In this document: in pieces, positions 1 through 4,669 of the stretch
Position numbering within the stretch: position 1 is the stretch's first letter
How the letters are laid out: each line of letters starts with the position of its first letter
Virus record (IMG/VR): IMGVR_UViG_2667527839_000007
Origin: a virus
Taxonomy: Duplodnaviria; Heunggongvirae; Uroviricota; Caudoviricetes
Strand: one strand, 5' to 3'
Length of the DNA stretch: 4,669 bases
Translations under genes and position numbers: made by a program
Notes under the pieces: model-generated
What the model saw: the letters and a program-made list of their open reading frames with translations, nothing else
Database searches by the model: none
What the model was told of the DNA's origin: nothing

Positions 1-51
1 AAGTCATCGGGCATTATCTGAACATAAAACACTATCAATAAGTTGGAGTCA

Positions 52-207
52 TTACCCTGACGTGCATTGCTCAAGTTTTTTAGCCAGCACAAAACTGGCT
101 TTTTTATAGCCATTGAAAACCAGCCGTAAGTAGCCAGGTGTTGAGCCAACTTTTCCGGCCAACTCGCCCTGCTGTTCTTTGGTTAAAGAGTCCCAATACG
201 CTTTCAT
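52..207 (-). CDS. Cro/YdaS-family small HTH regulator (51 aa), divergent from the CI-like repressor
   Basis: The ORF-track entry 52..510 is a read-through; the internal ATG at 205-207 (minus) is preceded by GGAGGT (plus 217-222) with a 9-nt spacer. Product MKAYWDSLTKEQQGELAGKVGSTPGYLRLVFNGYKKASFVLAKKLEQCTSG has an HTH-like core resembling, from memory, YdaS/Cro-type prophage regulators. Divergent position opposite a CI-like gene. Confidence 0.7.
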   Translation of the reverse strand: MKAYWDSLTKEQQGELAGKVGSTPGYLRLVFNGYKKASFVLAKKLEQCTSG

Positions 208-210
208 ACA

Positions 211-233
211 ATATGTACCTCCTGTGTACATAT
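211..233. promoter_or_regulatory. Operator 1: palindrome ATATGTAC-N7-GTACATAT
   Basis: Perfect 8-bp inverted arms at 211-218 and 226-233, core TGTAC-N7-GTACA. The 7-bp spacer contains the cro Shine-Dalgarno (plus CCTCCT 218-223). Same core as operator 2 and the site at 1018-1036. Confidence 0.55.
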
Positions 234-261
234 TACATGATTGAAATGAACCTTCAAGATA

Positions 262-282
262 CTTGTACCTTAGCGGTACAAG
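262..282. promoter_or_regulatory. Operator 2: palindrome CTTGTACC-N5-GGTACAAG (core TGTAC-N7-GTACA)
   Basis: Perfect 8-bp inverted arms at 262-269 and 275-282, centred about 50 bp from operator 1. Overlaps the candidate -35 of the cI promoter. Confidence 0.55.
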
Positions 283-297
283 GGTTTTAATTTCGTT

Positions 298-972
298 ATG
301 AAAACAATCCATGACATCCGGCGGTCTAACGCCAGAAAACTGAGAGATGGTGTTGGCGGGAATTCTTCCTTTGCCACTATGATTGATCGCGAGCCAACCC
401 AGACCAGCAGGTTTATGGGAGATGGGGCTACTAAAAATATCGGTGACAGCATGGCACGACACATCGAAAAATGTTTCGACCTGCCTGTCGGATGGCTCGA
501 TCAAGAACACCAGACAACGAACATCACAAAAAAACCTGATGTTTCAATCACTAATAAACAAATCACATTAGTCCCTGTCATATCATGGGTACAGGCCGGA
601 GCATGGAAAGAAGTTGGATATTCTGAGGTTGATTTGAGCACAGCAGAAACGTATCCCTGCCCTGTACCCTGTGGGGAAATGACTTATATCTTGCGGGTGA
701 TAGGTGATTCAATGATTGATGAGTACCGCCCGGGAGACATGATTTTTGTCGATCCTGAAGTACCTGCCTGCCACGGTGACGACGTTATTGCATTGATGCA
801 CGATACAGGCGAAACCACCTTCAAAAGGTTGATAGAAGATGGGACACAGCGTTATCTCAAAGCGTTAAACCCAAACTGGCCTGAGCCTTACATTAAGATC
901 AACGGTAATTGCTCTATAATTGGTACAGTGATTTTCTCCGGAAAACCAAGAAGATACAAAATCAAAGCCTAA
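298..972 (+). CDS. CI-like prophage repressor: N-terminal HTH domain plus C-terminal LexA/S24-type autopeptidase domain (224 aa)
   Basis: C-terminal half aligns by eye with lambda CI: VQAG cleavage-site motif (Ala100-Gly101, nt 595-600), GDSM with Ser138 (nt 709-711), TFKRL with Lys176 (nt 823-825), and the LNPNWPEP / GTVIFSG region. N-terminal about 70 aa is HTH-like. Divergent to the cro-like gene and followed by a strong terminator. Confidence 0.88.
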   Translation: MKTIHDIRRSNARKLRDGVGGNSSFATMIDREPTQTSRFMGDGATKNIGDSMARHIEKCFDLPVGWLDQEHQTTNITKKPDVSITNKQITLVPVISWVQAGAWKEVGYSEVDLSTAETYPCPVPCGEMTYILRVIGDSMIDEYRPGDMIFVDPEVPACHGDDVIALMHDTGETTFKRLIEDGTQRYLKALNPNWPEPYIKINGNCSIIGTVIFSGKPRRYKIKA

Positions 973-984
973 TCAATGTTTATG

Positions 985-1007
985 AACCTGCTTCGGCAGG
1001 TTTTTTT
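985..1007 (+). terminator. Rho-independent terminator of the repressor gene
   Basis: 7-bp stem AACCTGC/GCAGGTT with TTCG tetraloop followed by a run of 7 T (1001-1007), 13 nt after the stop codon at 970-972. The opposite strand has no T-run, so it is unidirectional. Confidence 0.8.
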
Positions 1008-1011
1008 ATAC

Positions 1012-1039
1012 TTGACAATGTACCTTTGAGATACATAAT
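1012..1039 (+). promoter_or_regulatory. PL-like early-left promoter (TTGACA-N16-CATAAT)
   Basis: Consensus -35 TTGACA at 1012-1017, a 16-bp spacer, and -10 CATAAT at 1034-1039 (5/6 match). Sits directly after the cI terminator, faces away from cI, and is overlapped by an operator-like site. Confidence 0.55.
1018..1036. promoter_or_regulatory. Operator-like site OL: ATGTAC-N7-ATACAT (one mismatch to the OR palindrome)
   Basis: TGTAC (1019-1023) N7 ATACA (1031-1035), inside the spacer and -10 of the PL-like promoter. A further TGTACC half-site lies at 1039-1044. Confidence 0.45.
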
Positions 1040-1216
1040 GTACCCAACCGAAACAACGAACAGGCAGGACGCCCACGAAGTAGCCGCCTAGGGCATATGA
1101 AGTCCAGGATGATTCGTTGAGTCATGTTGTGCCACCAGGCAATCATGTTAAAGCAGGTGTATGAAATGAAAGTCCAGATTTTAAACAATAACTGTGAAGT
1201 CGTTTGGGCGTAAAAC

Positions 1217-1423
1217 ATGACCGCGCGTAGACCAAGGGAGGAAAAAGTGGGAATAGTTAGAAATCAAGCAGATATATTGAAAATCAGCTCTGAATTACTT
1301 GGAGTTTTGAAAAGTGAGCTCACCGCACATGGCATCGAGCCCACTGACGAAAACTTAAGTTGGGTTTTGTCGATTATTCAACAATCACTCAAGCCCAGCC
1401 TCAGCAAACTTTTTATCGAGTAG
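1217..1423 (+). CDS. Hypothetical small protein, first ORF downstream of the PL-like promoter (68 aa from ATG 1217; 58 aa if GTG 1247 is used)
   Basis: The open frame has a weak SD before ATG 1217, but a strong AAGGGAGG (1234-1241) sits 5 nt before the in-frame GTG at 1247. N-terminus from 1217 is Arg-rich (MTARRPREEK). No family recognised. Its 3' end overlaps the convergent minus-strand ORF by 39 nt. Confidence 0.4.
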   Translation: MTARRPREEKVGIVRNQADILKISSELLGVLKSELTAHGIEPTDENLSWVLSIIQQSLKPSLSKLFIE

Positions 1424-1576
1424 TGCTTCGAACTTATCGTAAAGCTTGCTTATGTCGTCTATCGGGTTTTCTGACGTACTGTAATTTTTATCTGATGTCA
1501 TGGCAGCAGTCTGATATGCAGTGTGAGTCTTAACCGATAGTTGGAATAAATAAAGAATTTTTTCTTCTTTGGTCAT
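1385..1576 (-). CDS. Hypothetical small protein (63 aa), antisense to the early-left direction
   Basis: ATG at 1574-1576 (minus) preceded by AAGGAAAT (plus 1581-1588 complement) with a 5-nt spacer. Product MTKEEKILYLFQLSVKTHTAYQ...KKFAEAGLE is charged and likely helical. The longer ORF-track version (1385..1618) would start at GTG without an SD. No family recognised. Confidence 0.45.
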   Translation of the reverse strand: MTKEEKILYLFQLSVKTHTAYQTAAMTSDKNYSTSENPIDDISKLYDKFEALLDKKFAEAGLE

Positions 1577-1608
1577 AACTATTTCCTTCTTGGCTATATG
1601 AAAACACC

Positions 1609-1637
1609 AAGATACCACCGAGCCTGAAGTGGTGAAA
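1609..1637 (-). promoter_or_regulatory. Candidate promoter for the minus-strand small ORF (extended -10 TGnTATCTT)
   Basis: Minus strand reads TGGTATCTT (plus 1609-1617), about 25 nt upstream of the SD, with a weak -35-like TTCACC 16 nt further upstream. By eye only. Confidence 0.25.
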
Positions 1638-1837
1638 AGACAGGCACATAACAGCTAAGTATTTTCAACCAAAGAGAATCCTTAGCGTTGTGGTGAATGC
1701 GGCTCAGCGCACGCGGGTTAAGGTTGAGGCTGACAGTCGACCTTCTGTGGATACCCACCCGTCTGGTGTGCAACCTTCGCCAGGCACCGGGAGGCACCCG
1801 GCACCCGGCACCACAACTTTATGCTGTGTGTAGTCCT

Positions 1838-1884
1838 GGCGGTACCAGTTTGTACCCTTGCTTCCGGCTGGTACCGTCCTTTTT
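1838..1884 (+). terminator. Hairpin plus T5: candidate tL1-like terminator or attenuator upstream of the yfdP-like gene
   Basis: 9 perfect base pairs (1840-1848 CGGTACCAG with 1868-1876 CTGGTACCG), extendable to 11 with a G-U pair, a 19-nt loop, then TTTTT at 1880-1884. The loop is larger than in canonical terminators, so confidence is low. Confidence 0.35.
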
Positions 1885-2021
1885 ACAAAACAGAGAAGAG
1901 CATCACCGGACGACGGGCTCATAACCCAATCCATCCGGGCGGCTGCCACCGCAGGTGTTCTTCTCTGTTTTGTGGAGAAACTAATCGGCCTTGCAGGGTC
2001 GATATGATGAGGAGCAGCAAA

Positions 2022-2384
2022 ATGGCTAGCGAACGCAGTACTGATGTGCAGGCATTTATCGGGGAGCTGGACGGCGGCGTATTTGAAACCAAAATCGGCG
2101 CAGTTCTCAGTGAAGTCGCTTCCGGTGTGATGAACACGAAAACCAAAGGTAAGGTCTCACTCAACCTGGAAATCGAACCATTTGATGAGAACCGTGTGAA
2201 AATCAAACACAAACTCTCATATGTTCGCCCGACTAACCGCGGGAAAATTTCCGAAGAAGACACCACCGAAACGCCGATGTATGTCAATCGCGGTGGTCGC
2301 CTGACTATTCTGCAGGAAGACCAGGGACAGTTACTGACTCTTGCCGGTGAACCTGACGGAAAACTCCGCGCAGCAGGTCGTTAA
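2022..2384 (+). CDS. yfdP: YfdP-like prophage protein of unknown function (120 aa)
   Basis: ATG 2022 preceded by GAGGAG (2009-2014) with a 7-nt spacer. The ORF-track frame is open from 1821 but has no SD there. The 120-aa length and position at the head of a 120/274/178/120/101-aa gene series match my recollection of yfdP-yfdT in E. coli K-12 CPS-53; the symbol is assigned by synteny and length, not by alignment. Confidence 0.7.
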   Translation: MASERSTDVQAFIGELDGGVFETKIGAVLSEVASGVMNTKTKGKVSLNLEIEPFDENRVKIKHKLSYVRPTNRGKISEEDTTETPMYVNRGGRLTILQEDQGQLLTLAGEPDGKLRAAGR

Positions 2385-2449
2385 TATCGTTTTTAATTAA
2401 CTGATTATTTATCTCATCACTGAATATCTTTATATAGTGAGGACTTATT

Positions 2450-3274
2450 ATGTCTCAGAACTTAGACGCAACCGCAATTAATCAAATCCATGCCCTTATT
2501 TCTGCTCAGGGTGTTAATGAAATTATCAGTAAGATTGGTGCCGATGCTGTGGCATTGCCTGAGAATTTCCGCATTCATGATCTGGAAAAATTTAATTTAA
2601 ATCGCTTCCGTTTCCGTGGTGCGCTTTCCACTGCCAGCATCGATGACTTTACCCGTTATTCTAAAGATCTTGCAGATGAAGGCACCCGCTGCTTTATCGA
2701 TGCTGATAATATGCGTGCCGTCAGTGTGCTTAACCTGGGTACTATTGATGAACCAGGTCACGCAGATAACACCGCCACTCTCAAACTGAAAAAGACAGCA
2801 CCGTTCTCTGCTCTGTTGTCTGTTAACGGCGAGCGTAACTCCCAGAAGTCACTGGCAGAATGGATTGAAGACTGGGCCGACTACCTTGTGGGCTTTGATG
2901 CTAATGGTGACGCCATTCAGGCAACAAAAGCGGCTGCGGCAGTCCGTAAAATCACAATTGAAGCGAACCAGACTGCTGATTTTGAAGACAATGACTTCAG
3001 CGGCAAACGCTCCCTGATGGAGTCTGTCGAAGCGAAGACCAAAGACATTATGCCAGTGGCATTTGAATTTAAATGCGTTCCGTTTGAAGGCCTGAAAGAA
3101 CGTCCATTTAAATTACGACCCAGCATTATCACTGGCGATCGTCCTGTACTGGTTCTGCGCATTATTCAGCTGGAAGCGGTGCAGGAAGATATGGCTAACG
3201 AATTTCGTGATCTGCTTGTTGAGAAATTCAAAGACAGCAAAGTAGAAACCTTTATTGGTACTTTCACCGCCTGA
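2450..3274 (+). CDS. yfdQ: YfdQ-like prophage protein (274 aa; DUF2303-type as recalled)
   Basis: ATG 2450 with GAGG (2439-2442) and a 7-nt spacer. Long clean ORF of 274 aa, the same length as K-12 YfdQ as I recall it, sitting directly upstream of the HD-domain gene. Confidence 0.8.
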   Translation: MSQNLDATAINQIHALISAQGVNEIISKIGADAVALPENFRIHDLEKFNLNRFRFRGALSTASIDDFTRYSKDLADEGTRCFIDADNMRAVSVLNLGTIDEPGHADNTATLKLKKTAPFSALLSVNGERNSQKSLAEWIEDWADYLVGFDANGDAIQATKAAAAVRKITIEANQTADFEDNDFSGKRSLMESVEAKTKDIMPVAFEFKCVPFEGLKERPFKLRPSIITGDRPVLVLRIIQLEAVQEDMANEFRDLLVEKFKDSKVETFIGTFTA

Positions 3275-3286
3275 TTTCATTACTGC

Positions 3287-3308
3287 AAATGCCCCTGCGG
3301 GGGCATTT
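3287..3308. terminator. Inter-cistronic hairpin after the yfdQ-like gene (possible weak terminator, attenuator or processing site)
   Basis: AAATGCCCC (3287-3295), loop TGCG, GGGGCATTT (3300-3308): a perfect 9-bp stem 13 nt after the stop. It is followed by AT rather than a clean T-run, so intrinsic termination is uncertain. Confidence 0.35.
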
Positions 3309-3401
3309 ATGGAAACGTAATTAACTCAATAATCACCGGATGGTGAGGGCTTCCTTTTACCCAAACTCAGCGCGGTGCAGCGCATATACGTGGAGAACAA
3401 A

Positions 3402-3938
3402 ATGTCATTTATTAAAACTTTTTCCGGGAAGCATTTTTATTATGACAGGATAAATAAAGACGACATCGTGATTAACGATATCGCGGTTTCCCTTTCAAAT
3501 ATCTGCCGCTTTGCCGGTCATCTTTCTCACTTCTACAGTGTCGCCCAACATGCGGTGCTTTGCAGCCAGCTGGTGCCGCAGGAATTTGCTTTTGAAGCGT
3601 TAATGCATGATGCAACAGAAGCGTATTGCCAGGACATCCCCGCACCACTGAAACGCCTTCTTCCTGACTATAAACGGATGGAAGAAAAAATAGATGCAGT
3701 AATCCGTGAGAAATACGGGTTACCTCCTGTTATGAGCACGCCAGTGAAATATGCCGATCTCATTATGCTGGCAACCGAACGCCGTGATCTCGGGCTTGAT
3801 GATGGCTCTTTCTGGCCTGTACTGGAAGGCATCCCGGCAACAGAGATGTTCAACGTGATTCCACTGGCACCGGGTCATGCCTACGGGATGTTTATGGAAC
3901 GTTTTAACGATTTATCGGAGTTACGCAAATGCGCATGA
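3402..3938 (+). CDS. yfdR: HD-domain phosphohydrolase, YfdR-like (putative 5'-deoxynucleotidase family; 178 aa)
   Basis: ATG 3402 with GGAG (3392-3395) and a 6-nt spacer; the ORF-track start at 3375 is a GTG without an SD. HD-domain metal-binding pattern is visible: His50 (VAQHAV), His69-Asp70 (LMHDATEA), and downstream Asp residues. Length of 178 aa matches K-12 YfdR as recalled. Confidence 0.85.
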   Translation: MSFIKTFSGKHFYYDRINKDDIVINDIAVSLSNICRFAGHLSHFYSVAQHAVLCSQLVPQEFAFEALMHDATEAYCQDIPAPLKRLLPDYKRMEEKIDAVIREKYGLPPVMSTPVKYADLIMLATERRDLGLDDGSFWPVLEGIPATEMFNVIPLAPGHAYGMFMERFNDLSELRKCA

Positions 3939-4291
3939 ATGTTTTCGAAATGGAAGGGTTTCTTCGCGGGAAATGTGTACCGCGAGATCTGAAAGTGAAC
4001 GAAACAAATGCTGAGTACCTGGTACGTAAATTCGACGCGCTTGAAGCTAAATGTGCGGCACTGGAAAACAAAATAATACCAGTGTCAGCTGAACTGCCAC
4101 CAGCAAATGAAAGTGTTCTGTTATTTGATGCTAATGGAGAAGGCTGGCTGATTGGCTGGCGTTCTCTCTGGTACACCTGGGGACAAAAAGAAACCGGAGA
4201 ATGGCAGTGGACATTTCAGGTTGGGGACCTTGAAAACGTCAATATCACTCACTGGGCAGTTATGCCAAAAGCACCGGAGGCTGGAGCATAA
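3929..4291 (+). CDS. yfdS: YfdS-like prophage protein (120 aa; C-terminal DUF551-like motif)
   Basis: ATG 3929 overlaps the yfdR-like 3' end by 10 nt. The C-terminus (NITHWAVMPKAPE) resembles the conserved ending of phage DUF551 proteins as I recall it. Length matches K-12 YfdS. Confidence 0.75.
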   Translation: MRMNVFEMEGFLRGKCVPRDLKVNETNAEYLVRKFDALEAKCAALENKIIPVSAELPPANESVLLFDANGEGWLIGWRSLWYTWGQKETGEWQWTFQVGDLENVNITHWAVMPKAPEAGA

Positions 4292-4596
4292 TGACCACAT
4301 TTACCAATAAAGAACTGATTAAAGAAATCAAAGAACGAATCAGCAGCCTAGAGGTTCGAGACGATATTGAGCGCCGTGCTTATGAAATCGCACTCGTATC
4401 TCTGGAAGTAGAGCCAGATGAACGCGAAGCCTATGAATTATTCATGGAAAAGCGTTTCGGTGACTTAGTAGATCGTCGGAGAGCAAAAAACGGCGATAAC
4501 GAATACATGGCATGGGATATGACTCTCGGTTGGATCGTCTGGCAGCAACGAGCTGGTATCCATTTTTCAACAATGTCACAGCAAGAGGTGAAATAA
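4291..4596 (+). CDS. yfdT: YfdT-like small prophage protein (101 aa)
   Basis: ATG 4291 overlaps the upstream stop in a TAATG junction (translational coupling). Acidic, helical-looking product. Length matches K-12 YfdT as recalled. Confidence 0.75.
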   Translation: MTTFTNKELIKEIKERISSLEVRDDIERRAYEIALVSLEVEPDEREAYELFMEKRFGDLVDRRRAKNGDNEYMAWDMTLGWIVWQQRAGIHFSTMSQQEVK

Positions 4597-4669
4597 TGGA
4601 GCCATACAGCCTGAACCGCCCCGGGTTTCCTGGAGAGTGTTTTATCTGTGAACTCAGGCTGCCAGATCA
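4596..4669 (+). CDS. 5' end of a further small ORF (partial; at least 24 codons, contains CFIC)
   Basis: ATG 4596 in a TAATG junction with the yfdT-like stop, with GAGG (4586-4589) 6 nt upstream. Reads MEPYSLNRPGFPGECFICELRLPD and runs off the window end. Confidence 0.4.
   Translation, partial: MEPYSLNRPGFPGECFICELRLPD

Larger units (their letters stand above)
208..297. promoter_or_regulatory. Divergent control region (PR/PRM-like) between cro-like and cI-like genes
   Basis: 90-bp AT-rich intergenic region with two palindromic operators. Candidate cro promoters on the minus strand: TTGAAG (plus 252-257) N16 TAATAT (plus 230-235), or a TATCTT -10 (plus 255-260). Candidate cI promoter on the plus strand: TTGTAC (263-268) N17 TTTAAT (286-291), which would give a near-leaderless transcript at ATG 298. 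Promoter hexamers are weak and assigned by eye. Confidence 0.45.

Noticed and set aside
1-14. Possible start of a further minus-strand gene (ATG at 12-14 complement, reading MPDD) running off the left edge
   Set aside because: Only four codons are visible and there is no clear SD; insufficient evidence to call.
442-453. Second GDSM tetrapeptide in the repressor N-terminal domain (residues 49-52) as an extra peptidase active site
   Set aside because: It lies in the HTH-like domain without the surrounding S24 fold context; judged coincidental.
52-510. 152-aa minus-strand ORF from the six-frame track
   Set aside because: It is an upstream read-through of the cro-like gene. The internal ATG at 205-207 has a strong SD, and the extension runs antisense through the cI-like gene's N-terminal coding region and has no SD of its own.
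270-1218. Short ORFs at 270..464 (-), 383..571 (+), 909..1091 (+) and 1006..1218 (-)
   Set aside because: They overlap or lie antisense to the well-supported repressor gene, or span the terminator and promoter; none has an SD and the products are not protein-like.
1047-1246. nutL-type boxA/boxB in the PL leader
   Set aside because: No CGCTCTT-like boxA or short GC hairpin with a purine-rich loop was found; treated as absent.
1680-1960. Possible tRNA, tmRNA or REP element in the GC-rich island
   Set aside because: No T-loop GTTCRA motif or cloverleaf arrangement found by eye on either strand, and only loose resemblance to REP consensus. It remains an unclassified structured region.
1821-2021. 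Upstream extension of the yfdP-like frame, with a hydrophobic signal-peptide-like start (MLCVVLAVPVCTLASG)
   Set aside because: No SD before 1821, and a strong SD precedes the internal ATG at 2022. The extension coincides with the GC-rich structured region, and the hydrophobic stretch has no proper lipobox or cleavage context.
1594-2287. ORFs 1594..1797 (-), 1697..1924 (+), 1704..1949 (-) and 1919..2287 (-) in and around the GC-rich island
   Set aside because: No ribosome-binding sites. The products are Arg/Pro/Gly-rich, as expected from random translation of GC-rich DNA, and the last is antisense to the yfdP-like gene.
2385-2449. Promoter for the yfdQ-like gene in the AT-rich 65-bp gap
   Set aside because: Several -10-like hexamers (TATAGT, GAATAT, TATCTT) are present, but none has a convincing -35 at proper spacing, and the best -10 would place the start inside the SD.
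2917-4176. Minus-strand ORFs 2917..3162, 3668..3853 and 3904..4176
   Set aside because: Antisense within the well-supported yfdQ-, yfdR- and yfdS-like genes; no SD; low-complexity Ser/Arg-rich products.
1-4669. CRISPR array, IS element or transposase, integrase, attachment-site repeats
   Set aside because: No spaced direct repeats, terminal inverted repeats or recombinase-like ORFs are present in the window.

Overview
This window reads as the immunity and early-left region of a lambdoid enterobacterial prophage. A Cro/YdaS-like HTH gene (52..207, -) and a CI-like HTH plus S24-peptidase repressor (298..972, +) are divergently arranged around a 90-bp control region carrying two TGTAC-N7-GTACA palindromic operators. 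The repressor gene ends in a strong intrinsic terminator (985..1007), followed immediately by a near-consensus rightward promoter (TTGACA-N16-CATAAT, 1012..1039) overlapped by a third operator copy, which I read as a PL-like early promoter. Downstream lie two convergent, overlapping small ORFs (1217..1423 + and 1385..1576 -), then a ~445-bp GC-rich ORF-free island with a hairpin and T-run and a tandem heptamer repeat. A five-gene plus-strand block follows, with protein lengths 120/274/178/120/101 aa, matching from memory the yfdP-yfdQ-yfdR-yfdS-yfdT cluster of the E. coli K-12 CPS-53 (KpLE1) cryptic prophage; yfdR is an HD-domain phosphohydrolase. A further ORF starts at 4596 and runs off the window. 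No rRNA, tRNA, CRISPR array, IS element or integrase was found. All calls rest on manual reading of the sequence and recalled family knowledge; no database search was run. The most plausible places for something undescribed are the small convergent ORF pair at the repressor-proximal accessory position and the GC-rich structured island gating entry into the yfdPQRST module, but I cannot demonstrate a novel system from sequence alone.
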